Origin: Bugula neritina
Taxonomy: Eukaryota; Animalia; Bryozoa
Direction: 5' to 3'
DNA length: 64,000 bases
Assembly (NCBI GenBank): GCA_964035545.1
Contig: OZ037773.1
Coordinates: 6,849,751-6,913,750, forward strand
Shown here one piece after another: positions 39,501-54,100 of the stretch. Position numbers and translations under genes: made by a program. The notes under the pieces are model-generated. The model was not told where the DNA came from. It worked only from the letters and a program-made list of their open reading frames with translations, and ran no database searches. Every line of letters starts with the position of its first letter. Within the stretch, counting starts at the first letter, position 1.

Positions 39501-40510
39501 ACTTATATTTTTAGCAAAAAACTTGTAGCACACATTATAACTGTTTGACTTATATAAAATGAAGCAATCATGTTTAAAAACCTTAAAAATCATCAACTAA
39601 AGCTAAGCAAATGTTCTCGAATAAAATATATTTCAACTGAAGACTGTTCTCTGCTGAATTGCTGACAAGTAATTTATAGATTATATGTACTTTTAGAACG
39701 CTCTATCACTATGCATTTATGAAGTTGAGCACGATTGTTAGTTTTACTTTTGCTGTTAGCATGGCATGATACTTATATTGAAATATTTATTACGACTAAC
39801 CTAAATCAACTGTAGAAGGGTTTTGAAAAATTTAGACTGCTTGTAAAAACATGACATACAAAAATACTAAACATAGTCTTGCTCTTACCTTTTTTTGTGA
39901 AAAAGATAAGGTGAAATATCCTTACTCCTTAGCAATAATAACAATAATTCTCTCGCTCAAATAATAATACACTCTTCATGTAGGCTGGCTGTACCACATT
40001 ACGACTAGTTGAATTACAAAAATAGAGACAATGAACCGCAGGTGCTGGCAGGTGGAACACCCAAGACCTTGGCAACCTATAAGCGAAATGATAGCTTTCT
40101 CTGTACCCTAGCAATGTAATACCTGCATTCTGAAGCCTGTCACTACCACCAGGAAACTCAGTCTACCTAATTTTATCTTCATTCATTGTTTTGACATAGC
40201 ACCGTTGCTATGACTACTCCACTATCGCGTTATCCTATCACCGCGCGATCATTAATTGTGACCTTTTAACCTTTAATAAGTAAACTAGCTACTGCTCAAG
40301 ATTGCTATTTATATTGGTCGTGGTTGATTCGTCATTACATGGCAAGCACGTTATGGCGTAGATTAGGGTCACTACAAATTCAACTTGTTTTTGCAAATGT
40401 CTGCTGAATGACCAACCAGCCTTGCTTTGTATTTCACTAGGAAAAGCATAGCTCAGCTTGCCAAAAAGCAGCTTGTATTTATTCACTTTCCCTTTTCAAT
40501 GTTGTTGTAA

Positions 40511-40732
40511 GGAGCAGCCGTGGTCTAGGGGTTAGAACGTTTGCCTAGTAAACACGCGCGAAGGTCATGGGTTCGAGCCCTGACAAAGGCCATTGGTGAT
40601 GTTAGGAAGAGCATCCAGTCATAATTGCTCCTGTGCCTCATTTAAATAAGTCCTTAGCCCGCTTTAACAAAAACCCTTTCCATCAGAGGTTTCTCACAGG
40701 GATAGTGACTATAAACTTGCGTGAGTTTTTTT
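40511..40732 (+). mobile_element. tRNA-Thr(AGT)-like SINE, copy 2 (best preserved)
   Basis: A box TGGTCTAGGGG, loop CCTAGTAAAC, B box GGTTCGAGCCC, shared body, T7 tail; flanked by the direct repeat TTTTCAATGTTGT (probable target-site duplication). Confidence 0.92.
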
Positions 40733-41339
40733 CAATGTTGTGCCTACTATAGCTTGTATGTACTAATAACACAAACTAAATGTTAATATGTTATGGTAGG
40801 TAAATGTTGATGAAAAAATGCATTTCATTTTTGAGCATTTAATTCTAGCTTTGAGATATTGAAAACTTCCTCTTTGATTGGCCAATACATTGCAACCAAG
40901 ATGTGGGGGTAGGCTAGAGTCACTACAAGCTATCAAATAGCAGCTTCTATATAATATGAGAATTCACCTTTTTCTCTCAATGTTCATGTCTACTATTGCC
41001 AGTATGTTCTAATAACACAAACTAAATATTTATATATAATATTATGTGATATTATATTATATTTTTTATATTATATATTATATAATATTATGTGATAAGC
41101 TGATTATCGATGAAAAAGAGCATTCTAGAAACATTTGATTCTAGCTCTGGTGTATCACAAATGTTGTGACGAATTTTCAGTGCTAGCAATGCTACAATAT
41201 TTTGCAAGTTTAAACTTGGACCTCTAGAATACTTTTAAATTTTAGATTGATTAGTTCTGGTGGAAATTAATCGAGCATTACTATAAACCGTTTTTTTCTA
41301 ATTAATTATTTTTGCTTTCGTGTGTATAGTTTAAGCTTT

Positions 41340-41795
41340 TTTATTCTTGGTATGGCATTTGAAGCGAACACAAAGAGTCGGTAGCAGCCAGACTTCTAGA
41401 CTGATGCCAGTGGACATTGGTAGACACTTTCTCTCCTAATCCAGTAAGAAGGATCTCTCTACGTGCAGAACTTTTTTTGCTGTCCAGGGTAAACCTGATC
41501 ATTATAGATGCCAGTAAAGGTTGTAAAACCAGGAGCTTATCCAGAGTAAGGCACAGCTGCAGAGGAAAACATAAGGATATTGCCAAACCACATTGATCAC
41601 ATTTGTAGCTTACCATAATTAATTTTAATTCAACTAACATTATATTTTCGAATCAATCCTGCAGAAATAATTAAATTGACATCAAGGGCGTACAGAACAT
41701 CCGATGTCAGAAGGTTGTGTATAAATACAGTGGCAAACGTAACATGCCCTGGTGTTAATTTCAGCCAATACTGTAATCGCTGTAGCCAACACACC
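41340..41795 (-). pseudogene. Possible pseudogene of a small Cys-rich secreted protein
   Basis: GVLATAITVLAEINTRACYVCHC...GC, then splice-like signals and an exon-like block VPYSG*APGF...KFCT*RDPSYWIRRESVYQCPLASV*KSGCYRLF with three in-frame stops. Confidence 0.25.
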
Positions 41796-42266
41796 TTCCT
41801 ATTTTTAGAAAAATAATTATTGAAACCAAGCAATAAATATTTTAATATTTTATCATCCTTATTTATTCACAAGATGTAATGAGTCATGTTATTTTTATAA
41901 AGAGATGGCTTTCTAACTGCTTACCTAGCCAAAGCAATTTCAGTAATTGTATTTCCTATGTTTTAAAAATGCAAAAAGTTCTACTGGTATTTTATCTGAC
42001 AAATAACGTTGCATTACTTAACTGATAAAAGCAATATTATGTTAAAATATTTTTTCTAAGTTAATTAATAATTGATGTTCAAGTTTCACCAGCTCCAAGG
42101 CTCTGGAAAAGAAGAGGCAGATTATTTTATTTACTGTAAATTTTTCCTTTGAAAAAGGAATACTATAAATGGTATGCAGTAACAAAAACACACAAGTATG
42201 AATCTTCTTTCTCCAAGCTGTCACATAACCACAGTAAAGTAAACAATGGTAGCAGAAGATGCAAAT

Positions 42267-42481
42267 AAAAACTCAGCAAGTTTATAGTCACCATCCCTGT
42301 GAGAAACCCCTGATAGAAAGGGTTTTTGTTCAATTGGACTAAGGACTTATTCAGATGGGGCACAAGAGCAATTATGACTGGAAGCTCCTCCTAACATCAC
42401 CAATGGCCTTTATCAGGGCTCGAACCCATGACTTCGTGCTTACTAGGCAAACGCTCCAACCCCTAGACCACTGCTGCTCCC
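42267..42481 (-). mobile_element. tRNA-derived SINE, copy 3
   Basis: Reverse complement of the same head, body and tail. Confidence 0.92.
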
Positions 42482-45139
42482 TTAGCATAAAATGCAGACA
42501 CAAGGCTTTAATAAAAGCTTGGCCATAATATTAGCTTTACAACATGATAGTGAAATTGCTTTGATATTGCATTATTTGTTTTTAAGCAAATGAGTTTAAA
42601 TAAAGTATATTTTTCAAAACTTTTTACAAAATCCCATTGACAATCGTACAAGCATATAATAAAAGTGGATATATAGGTATAACAAAGTCATAAGCAACAT
42701 AAGTTGTTGATACTATTGTGTTTCCATGGATACGAACAGCTTCGCTGGAGCTACTATAAATTACAAAGTAGCCCCAGAGTTTTGAAGAATTCAACTTCTT
42801 ATTAAATTATAAGTGTTATTCAAATTACTAAGAGATTGATGTTTATAAATGGGCAAAACCTTTTATTCAGGCGTATTTTAATTTGCTTATTCAATAACTT
42901 AGTTACACTACCAATAAATTTTACTGTCCACTGACCAGCTTCGTTTAATTTAATTAAAAAGCTTTCACAAAGCATGCTGGCGCCAAACTTTAACACTAAA
43001 ACTAAAAATATATACATGTATATTGTAGAGTTATAATATATTCAATATTATATATTCACACTTAGACAAAACACTTATTGTATACTAAATATTGTCCAAA
43101 TTATTTGATGTGAACAAATAGCAACTCATTTGTTTATTTAAATTAGCAAGACTTATGACTTGAATTGACTGGAGAGCTCACTGGTTGTCATGACAACTAG
43201 AATAACTGTGTATGTATGGGCAGTGAGTATATAACCTGTTACATTGAGTTAGACCCTACTACAGATGTTTAATATTTGACAATAGATACAACATGGGCAA
43301 AGCATGCACACATCCATAGGTTTGATTACAATGCCACTGTGAACTGTATAAGCAATCTGTTTACACCTGAAATAGTTGAGGAAAGAACTGCTTTCTAATA
43401 CATGCTGTATAGGCATTACAAAGAATACCCACAAGCAAAGCTGATAATAAACTTTAGTACTTCAGTTTTTATTAGCTTCCCTTCTGAATTTTTTTTAGAC
43501 TGTCTGTACTGCTACAGGCTATTGTTTGCTATTGTTTCCCCGTAAATGTATGTAAACTTCTATACTAGTTGCAGTGAAGGATCCAAGAAAACTTCCATCT
43601 AAAGGTTCTCTCAGGTTGATGGCCACATTGTGTGCAGCCATCATTAAAATAATTTAATTATAAGTCTTTGATAGTGGCTAGCAGACTGGGTGTGTCCTTC
43701 ATAAGTTATGATATTAATATTTAAAGATATTTCAAAATTAGAAGAATGTTCTGGAAGACTGATCACTGGTAATAATGCTGAGACATCTCTCTTCACATGA
43801 TTAGTAAACCAAAAACTGCCAATAAAACTAATAATAATAATTGAAGAGAAGGAGTGAGCCTTGAATTCCTGTCAGACATGATAGAAGGGGATGACAACCA
43901 ACTGTAGCCAGAGTAACCAGACCAGTTCTACAATTATTTATAATCTAAGATGTCATATTATTGCTTTGATGTGCCAATTAGTCATAACAGAGGTTTGGAA
44001 TCATCAATCCTTTTCATAGTTGTATAGCATTTATCTTGAGCTAAATAAATGAAAAATAGCTCTGGCTATTTTGACATCATTAGTTGACACAGCAGATATA
44101 GCAAACGAGCAGCTTTAGCATTTAACCTTCACCTTCCTGTGCATGACTCGTCAATGTTCACAATCAATAGATTTCTTTCAAATATAATATTTTATAGTCC
44201 CTCCCAATTAAAAAATTCATATTCTTTTAATTAACATCTTGGAAGTGAGAATAAATGACTCACAGTTATAACTTAGCACAATAGTCTGAAAACATAAGTA
44301 AATTAAGCTACACCAGAAATTTTACAACTATAACAGCATTATGCAAAACTCTAAAGCTTTAAAACCAGATCTTTTGTATCAAAAACATATTTTCAGCGTA
44401 CCACTTAAAGAGAAGAAAAACTTGCAGTTTGATAGCTATAAAGTATAAACTCACCCCAGTGTTGTTACTTTGATTTAAACCCATGACCTAGTAAGAAACT
44501 AGCCCAGAACTGCTTTCCAGTCTCATGCCTATGGTCTCCACTTTATTCATCCAACAATAAACAATAGGTTATAAAATAGAAGATCATAACTAAATAACCA
44601 TCGCAAAATAGTCTATGTGTGCACAACTTTGATCAATCAGAATTTTGGGCTGTTGGCTTCTATCACATAACTTCAACTTTGTAAACGTTGGGACAATTAT
44701 TATTCAACAAAAACTGTGGAAATTAATCAAAACTACAAGCTTAATTAGTAATCCACCCTCAGCCTCAATGGAAATCTGCAGCTTAGTGCATTTTTAGTGC
44801 AGAATTTGATGCAAATTAGAGCATTGTAGTGGGTGGCTTGGATAATGTATGGAGAGTTGAGACACATAGAGTTGAACAGCTGCATTTCAAATGTTTTTAG
44901 CATAAGAGCCTGAAAATTGAGTTTATCCAAACTCCTTCTTTTTATAAGGCTGTTTAAAACTAGCAACAGGTATTAAAACTGAGCAGGTAGATGACAGTAA
45001 TTATAAATGCAGAAACGTGGATTCATAAATAGCTAAGCTTTGGATTTAGGTTTGAAATTGGAGCTTGACTAATTTGTTTTATATCTTACAATGCTACTAA
45101 CATCCGATAGAGCAGGATACTGAGATCACCAGACAATGA

Positions 45140-45605
45140 GGTTATGAAGCAGACTATAAAAGTTGAAATGTCTGCAATACTGGAAATTATAGTCAGCATG
45201 CCTTTTTTACAACCAATAACAACTCTGAGTCAGTAAATAACTTGATCATTTAGGAAGTTGTCTTTGTCTTTCTTTGTGTCCGAAGCTCTTGCAAAACTCT
45301 GTCGCAATAATTTAGATTTTCTGTGGACAATACTCTGCAATTTATTACTTGTTTTTTGATGAGAATATCTGGATATTTGGAGTGTCCTGAACATATATCC
45401 TCTGTATTTATAGCACATTCAAAAATGTGTTTACAGCTCTTTATGAGTCATAATTGTTTGTGCATTCAGCAATTTAGGCTGTGGTCAAACAGTTATGAAA
45501 ACCTTTCTAAAAATTGTTAAAAAATTGTTGACCTTTAGCCAATCTTAACCCAATGCACAAAATACTTTTTTGTTCAAACAAAGAAGTTGAGTATTTAGGT
45601 GAGTA
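45140..45605 (+). mobile_element. Possible heavily decayed Ty3/Gypsy reverse-transcriptase remnant
   Basis: Fragments in RT order: DYK.., FLMRISGYLECP (cf. FxRMPFGLxNAP), LWSNSYENL (cf. IYSxTxEEHL), KEVEYLG. Many stops and frameshifts. Confidence 0.3.
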
Positions 45606-46329
45606 TGTGATAGACATTTTTGGCTAAAGCTCTCATGTTTATAGTGAAACTTGCTTGATTGTTCATAACAAAAGAATTAAATTATTATAATTATTGTGTT
45701 AGGCCAGTGTAAAACATGCATATACACTACAATTTATGATTAATTGCATTTGATTACCTAAACAAATATTCTAACAAGCAGGTGCTGCATCTAATCAACA
45801 TATACTCCTAGGACTTGTACTTGAACTTTTGAGTAGCTTTTGGGAACTTGACCACATGTTATACATGTAACTTAGCCTGTGGCAGAAAGGGTGTAGAATT
45901 TGTACTTTCTGTCTACCGCAGCATGACTCATTTTTAAACTAAATTGTCTGATATGAACAAGTTTTTGCAGAAGTATAAAGGTTGGATATACACCCAGTTG
46001 AAGCAGAAACATTATCTTAAACAGGTAAACCAAAATAAGACAAATAAAACAGAGTCATTTATGTTTACCAAATAACACTTTGTAAAAATATTTAGGCCTA
46101 CTGCAAATACATAGAAAATAAATGTTATTTTTATTTTGATTCAAGGATTAGCTGTTAAACCACATTAGTTATTCCACTGTACAGATTTTAAATGCATAAA
46201 AGATAAAAAACATTAAATAAATATGAGTATCTTCAAGCTGCGCTTGCTTTTTAGTCAAGTTGAAGAAAATAGCTTGCTGTACTCTGGGAACCACTACAAC
46301 ACATTCTGTTCTAACTCATCTTAAATGAC

Positions 46330-46620
46330 GCAAGGGCATTAGTTTGAATTCAAGCATACATTCTCTGCTCCAGCGCGTTAGTCTGTAGATTCTTAGTGGG
46401 GAAAGCCATGGCTGATCAAACGTTGAAGTGTAGTTTGCCATCAAAGTTTGATGAGAAATTACCACCTTTTGGTCTTTTCATCTGTCATTTAATGGTTTAA
46501 TTGCATTTGTAAGAGTACTAATCTACACTGCAGTCTATTTGGATCTATAATGCCCTTTGACCTACGGGGATGCAGTAACCAACCTGGTAATAAACTTCAA
46601 GGAGCAGAAGCCATATTCCT
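46330..46620 (-). mobile_element. Possible decayed retroelement integrase-core remnant
   Basis: Weak, frameshifted resemblance to the TxYHPxxNGxxERxNRT ... YNTxxxxxTGFSP region. Confidence 0.2.
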
Positions 46621-47284
46621 GCTTCAAATTGCAAAAAGTGTATCTAAATTAATTTCCACACGTTTCAAATAAAGCCAGAGTGGTCAGTACGTTGTCAGAT
46701 TTTATAGCCTAAGCAGATTGCAGTGGTCAGCTCCGGATTAGATGGTAATGAGAAAGATCACAAGCTCCTGTGACATTTCAAAAGAAATATCCTGGTGGTA
46801 ACATTTTTAGTGGTGAATTTTGTTGGCAGTTAAAGAAAAAAAATGGTTGCATGATTAAAGGTTAGGGTTGCAGTCTGTGGTATAGTGTATAGTTGGTGAT
46901 TACCTGTACGCAAGCCAAAGCTGCTTACTAAATCTAGATTAGCCTCAAAACCTTTCATTTAGACTTTAGAGTATTGGGGTAGCTTGAGAGTGACCCGGCT
47001 CAATAACCAAGGCTTTACTCTTACTCACCTGCTATATATGTTAACTGGCTACTCTGGGAAAAAAAGACAGATGACATGCCCATGTGTTTTTGGTCCCAGT
47101 GCTGAGCAGACTCAGTGGGCAGGGTGTGAGGCTTGCTGAAGGGTCTTTTTAAAATATGCCATTCTGTCTCTTTAGTGTTTTATTAAGTGAAGGTTTTAGT
47201 TTTTGATTTTAATTGTTAATTTAATAATTGAATTTTTGTTTTTCAGGATGGACAACAAAGCTTACTGAAAACACGAGTTAGCAA

Positions 47285-47615
47285 CTAGCATGTATATAGC
47301 ATGTATATAGCAGATATATAGCATGTATATAACAGGTATATATAATATGTATATAGCACGTATATAGCACATATATAGCATGTATCTTACAGGTATATAT
47401 AATATGTATATAACATGTATATAGCAGACATATAGCATGTATATAGCAGGTATATATAATATGTATATAGCACGTATATAGCACATATATAGCATGTATC
47501 TTACAGGTATATATAATATGTATATAACATGTATATAGCAGACATATAGCATGTATATAGCATGTATCTAACAGGTATATATAATATGTAAATAGCATGT
47601 ATATAGTAGGTATAT
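47285..47615. repeat. AT-rich compound minisatellite (ATATAGCATGT-based)
   Basis: Visible array; explains ORFs 47262-47552 and 47278-47598. Confidence 0.95.
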
Positions 47616-47966
47616 AGTAAATTGCAGATCAATGACAGATTACCAGGAACAGCTGTGCATAAAGTAAGAATAAAAAATTATTAATTGCAATTTTATATAT
47701 AATTGTATATATAAGCCTAATAACATGCCATACAGTGCAAAATGCTTACCAGGGCTTATGGACTTTTAGTAAAAGGATGCATGTGCAGTGTTGTACATAC
47801 ATGTGTGAATATTGGCTGATGTCTACTTAGTAAACTATAATTAGTATAACATACTTTATCAAGTATAACTGACAGGATACAGCTGCCATCTTATAATCAT
47901 CTTTATTCTGTGCTATTTTATATGCTTATATTCTTATTTATGTTCATATTTTGTATACAAGTTTAT

Positions 47967-48160
47967 AAAAAACTCACGCAAGTTTAAAGTCTCTATCCCT
48001 GTGAGAAACTCCTGGTAGAAGGGGTTTTTGTTAAGGTGGGGCTAAGGACTTGTTCAAATGAGGCACAGGAGCAATTATGACTGAATGCTCTTCCTAACAT
48101 CACCAATGGCCTTCGTGTTCACAAAGCAAACGCTTTAACCCCTAGATCACGGCTGCTCCC
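47967..48160 (-). mobile_element. tRNA-derived SINE, copy 4, with the B-box region deleted
   Basis: Same family; CAATGGCCTT joins directly to CGTGTTCAC, without the GGGCTCGAACCCATGAC segment. Confidence 0.9.
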
Positions 48161-51100
48161 TCTTATTTTTTATACTTATATTTCACATTTATGTTTCATA
48201 CGTTTTTAATGATTACTCCTTGTAGACAACGCCAAGTCAAATGACTATGAAGCCTGTAAAAGATATTGTGTATATACAAGAATTTATAGATGATTGCCAA
48301 CATAATATAGAAAAGTATTCTAATAGATAAAAACAGAGGCATGTTCTATAAAACGTATACATAATATTATAAGCAATCATATTACCAAACATTTTCAAAG
48401 CCTCTAACTTGTATATACATCTTATTACAGGGTTTATTTCCAATAATGAATTGTATTTACAGCAAGCAGCAATATCTAGATGTTCATTGTGATACTGAAA
48501 GAACCTGGTCAAGCAAAAATCACTCAAGTGCAGTAGTGGAGAACTTGAAACAGCCAAAGTTCTTTAATTAAAAAAACATTTGATTTGGGGCTCTGATGGG
48601 AACATAACTTCTTTTGCAGCATTTTTCATTTAGAACCCATTTCTCCCTTACGTACTTCACTTATACCTCTGAAAGATTCAATGTTATGTATTTGTGTTAC
48701 AAGCAAGGATTTGGCTTTACTGAGTCACAAATCAGGATACATCTTAGTTTACTAAATCAGACTGGAGGCTTAGTCTTAAGCTGAGGAGACAACTCTTAAT
48801 GCTATAAAGGGAATTCAATATACTTCTGAGCACACACAAATACAAAATAATTATATACTGTCTTTCTTTCTCAAAGGTGAATTGCTTAACTCGTTAATCA
48901 GTTTGGGAGCATGAAACAGAGTGTTACAAGTAGTAATATCTTATTTTGAATAGTGCTATCTATGCCTATAGTAATAGCTAGTGCCAACATTCAGGTGGGC
49001 CACTGGTCATCTTGTAATCCCTGCGTCACACTATGGTCATGAACTAGCACGTTCCCAAACATATGTCAGGTCAAGGTGGCTTGAAGTCTAATAACTGCAG
49101 GGTAGATTAGAGATAATCTGCTTTGTAGTTGATTGCTTCATTCAATAAACTGAATGGACTTGTGTAGAATATGGCAGAGGATACTGAAGATTAACAACTC
49201 CACATGTGTTGACAAATTCTTGTAAGAGCTGTGATAAGTTTGACCTTAAAAGTGACTCACAAGGAGGAAATAATGAGAAAGTTCTAATAAGTCATACTAG
49301 TACTTTTTTAACCAGAAAAACTACGTTTAATATACAATATCTTTATGGGTGGGGCCTCACACTCCCTATGAATTTTACCGCATCACTGGTAATAATGGCT
49401 ACAAAGATCGTAATTTGTTAATTTAAATAAATAGTCAAGTCTGCTTATTTCAGAAATCATTTTTATTTGATAAAATGATAAAATATAAATTCTCAACTGA
49501 TTACATACATTCAGGTATAGAAGCAATCATTAGTTGATCAAACAAGACTGTAATAGAATAGAAAGTAATACTGAAGAAAATAGATTGAAAAAAACGCATA
49601 TGAAGAGAAATTAATATTAAATTATATATAGAACTTCATTTAATGCTCAATTAGTTTAGCATATGCTTAGTATAGCAAACAGCTTATGATTAACATTTTG
49701 AACCAACAAAAAAGATGGAAAAGAACAACTGGTGTTACTTTAAGAAAGTTCAAATTAAATCAGAAGAATCTAAAATGGCCTTTGGACAGCTGATAAGAAT
49801 AGAGTATAGACTATCAAAACTTTCATTTTAAACTTGTCAACAAGTAACTTTAACTAAATATAAGATCAGCTAAATATATTTCTAAATCAAATGCAACAGG
49901 AAATTGACATGTTAATGGAACTTGCATCTCACAGCAAGGGTAATCACGGATATGCTAGCCGGATGTATGTAAAAAACTGCATTACTTCTAGATAGCAACA
50001 ACACAACACTTCTACATGATTCCATGACTAAATAAAATGAAACGACTATAACTAGCAGTGAGTCACATGTCTACCTGAGAGCCAATCTAAATGTCATTAG
50101 TTGTCACTAGATGTCTACAACCTGTTCCTGTACGAGTTAAATGAATAGAGATACCAATTGCTTCATATATTTTACAAAAAACTAAATTCACGAGCTTCAA
50201 GATTATGATGAGTCATATGCTATGATTCTTTATCTGAGCCAAATGCTCAACATTAGCATAATAAGTGAAGACAACTCTTGGATAATGAGCAAAAAGGAGC
50301 ACCAGAAACAGAAAAAGGACATTATAAATTAAGCATGAGACTGAATACTTTATTACCATAACAAAACTGTCACTAATAATTTCAGTCTTTTTGCCAGTCA
50401 TGATGAAAAGCAGACTCCGTCTCATTAAGAGCAGGTAATTCTAGTTAATATCTTTTTAATAGTGCACTGAGACTTTGATGTTACTTTTCTGGCAACTGTG
50501 ACATACTTGAGACGTGGGAGAAAATTTGGTTGAACTAATACAAGGAGCAGCAGCCATTTCAAGCCAAACACATTTCATTAAAGACTAGAGAACTAATAAT
50601 TTACTAAGATAAGCTGCACTATTCTTTCAATATAAGAAGCAGCTTTGAGTATAACCCAATTTCCAAACCTGAAAGGCAGAAATATAGGAGAGGGATGGTA
50701 TGACAGCCTACAAGAACTGAAATGACAACATACAGTGTTCAAAGTCAGGCAATTTTTTTCGTTTCAAGACAGAAAAAGTTAAAATTAGACTCAAGAAGTT
50801 TTGACTAAATATGCTAAATTAAGAACATTTTAAAACAAAGTAACACATCTAATCAACCTATTCAGTCCAAGATTGTCCACAACAGATAATAATTCATGGG
50901 ATAGAAAGCATGCATAGTGGACTGTGTAAGAAACAACATAACTGAGCCAGGTTAAATATTAAAAGGAAGAAATAAATAGTGAAAGATAATTTAGCTACTG
51001 GTTGGAGCACATTGGACATGGCACTTGTATACTGTCAGTAGTAATAGTGTTAGACTAGACTATACACTATATTATACTATCTAGGGTGGAGGTGTTCCGG

Positions 51101-51191
51101 TTTATGTACTGAACACTCATTGACTTAGCACCATGCATGACTTGTTCAGTATAATAGTAATCCGTCACATTAGAGAAACAGCGGATGTTGG

Positions 51192-54100
51192 CTAGAGATC
51201 ATTGTCTCTCTTCAGTCGTCTCACAACTCCTGTACTACCATTCAGACATATTGTATCTCCTAGAATAGAAATATAATGTAGGTAGAGTAGTAGAGTACTG
51301 TGAATATGATGTAGGTAGAGTAGTAGAGTAATGTGAGTATGACATATATACTCTGGGTGCAATGTAGCAGTAAGGCTAATAATGGCAATCTGACGCATAG
51401 ATTAGACTTTAGAGGGTACAAAAATTTTGTATAGATTTCAAATATAAAACCAGGAAGCTGAAATTAATATTGATAGAGAACAATTTTGAACTCCTAATAC
51501 TGATATTTTGATGGGCAAGAGGTTACTTGAAGAAGCAAATGAAAATCTAAGATTTTTAAAAATATGAGACAAAAGTGTAATTTTGAAGCCATGGTCTGGT
51601 GGCCTAGTGGCTAGAGCACTGGCTTAGTAAACACAAGGTCATGGGTTTACTAAATCAGTAAAGGCCATTGGTGGTATTAGGAAGAGCATCCAGTCATAAT
51701 TGCTCCTCTGTCACAATAGTGAAAAAGTTTTTAGCCCGCTTAGAAAACCCTTTCCTCCAGGGGCTCCTAGGGGGATGGCAGCTTTTCTCAACAAAAATAG
51801 AGAACTTCTTATTCTTTATACAATCACAGAAGACTTGCTATTGTACACCTGTGCATGAAGCCTAGTCTGTCAATAACAAAACTGATCAAACTGATTAAAG
51901 TTAAAATTCATGATTATAGACAATCGTTGGGATTATTTGTATTATGCAACATGCACTGAGCTAATTGTTATTAATTACCTAACATACAATTGATACAAAT
52001 TGGCAGATGTTCAAGATTATCACATACTTAATATTATTTAGTTGAGAATACAAAAAATTGCTAAACTTTTGCCAAATACGGGTCAAGTCTCATCTCTCTC
52101 TATGATAGGTAGTACCAAACCCCCTTCCTAGTTGTTAGGAATACTGGTTAAACAATGCTACTCTTCTAACTTTACATTATCTCCAACTACCCTAAAATGT
52201 CCGCATCACTCTGAATTACTCCATATTACACTGATTTCCTACAAACCTACTTTCGTTATCTCAGTTACCTTGAATAAGGCTCCCTACAACCTTAAACCAG
52301 CAACCTACTTAAGTTTTGTGAGAAAAATAGAGTTAATCATAAATCACGTTAAGCTTACTATCTATAAAATACCAATTAAAAAGTAATTAGTAGGATTATT
52401 GGAAAAGTTTAATTGAGTCTTAGCCTCAGAATAACTGCACTCTTTCCACAGTATAAATCTGACACGCCGTGAACATAGTATCTCACTCCAGCAAAGTATA
52501 ACATTATAAGCTCCATTGTGGTTGAGGAGTTAAAACATAGGTTTAGATAATGTACTAAACTAATTTCACAAGTATATCACATATAAGCAAGTGCCTACTA
52601 GTTTTTGATCTATATTTCTAAGTTATTTCTTTAATTTTGCATTTGTTCAAAATCATTCCTGTGTGGATGAAGAAAAAGATTGAGCTTGTGCAGTATTTAT
52701 CTGCAGAGACAATTTTTTGCCCATGAAATGTACACAAACTCTTGTGGTGAAGTAAAATATTTGTGACTTTTTATATTTAGCAAATGAAATTAATTTGTGA
52801 AGAATTGATATAAAAATGAAATTGGCTCATACTATAAGAAACATTTCACAAAACGAAAATAAAACATCCATGAGACTATGTATAGTATGAAAACTAAGTG
52901 CACCATTTAGCTAGAAGAACAAACGAGAGATGGCCAAAGCAGGTGTTCCAAATAACAAAACAGCACAGAAAATACATAAAAAATAATGGTTACAGGGTTT
53001 GAACTGACTGAAATGTTTTCTTCAATGAAATAGAAAGGTTTCAAATTGATCTTTACATCCCTTTATATAGATAAGATAACTCCGAAAACCCCTGAGAGAG
53101 TTGTTTTAAACTGTGAACATGTTTTCAATAACCTGACTCTACCTCGACACTACATTCAGTGGAGTCCAGATCTGGACAGGAGAACAACATTAGAAATGAT
53201 GGTAAATAACTCACCTGACTGGAAGACTTGTGTGGCATTGTGGCAGCTGACAACACAAGGTATCCCATACTCCCTAGCTACTACAGCACCTGTTGACACA
53301 TGCCAGATAGTAGCTGATTACACACACTATTACATAGACTATGAAGTATTACAGTGGTTTCTGCATTCATAATCATAGTTTTGGAGTCATCTGTTCCACA
53401 AGTAATAACGCATTCTAGAAATCTGTTAAAAATTCATTGAAGTTAGATTTTGCCCTCTCACATCTGACTTTTAGCCAATTAGAAGTAAAATTTAAGGTTA
53501 ATATTCTAGTATATACATACATACATACATACATGTACATACATACGTACATATGTACATACATACATAAATACGTATGTATGTAGTATGTACATGTATG
53601 TATATACTAGAATATTAACCTTAATGTTTCCTTTCAAGTGGCTAAAAGAAAAAGCATTATAAAAGATCAGAAAAACACAATAAGGAGTTATCCACTCTCC
53701 AGAGCGCTGTATACTGAATATTCTAACTATGAAGTTGTAGCACAACATCCACCAGAGAGCTTACCATGCGAGACTAGACCTCCTTGTTCAGTCACTACTC
53801 CAGAGATCATTGGGAAATAAGGAGCCCAGCCGACGTCCGTAAAGTACACTATTAGTATGTCGTTCTTCTACAGATAAAACCATAGGCTAGCATAACGCAA
53901 TGATAAGCAATATGAGGTAGAGCACCACCATAGAAAAGAATATAGCAAATGTTGTATAATCGAAGAAAATAAAAGTTTTAAATATCAATTATTAAACTTT
54001 TTATTATGACAATACACAGTAGTATCTTTACACTATTATGCTAGGTACCACTACATGACAGTCACATAATTGAGTCACATGATAGAGTCACATGATAGAG

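Noticed and set aside
40511-40590. Functional tRNA-Thr gene
   Set aside because: Acceptor stem does not pair well, and the head runs into a shared SINE body in five copies.
40735-41150. Local ~120-bp duplicated segment as a functional element
   Set aside because: Ordinary degenerate tandem duplication with no further signal.
47262-47598. Tyr/Ile/Cys-rich ORFs
   Set aside because: Translations of an AT-rich minisatellite.
53046-53372. 108-aa plus-strand ORF
   Set aside because: Antisense to a real exon (53289-53215); non-ATG start and no recognisable motifs.
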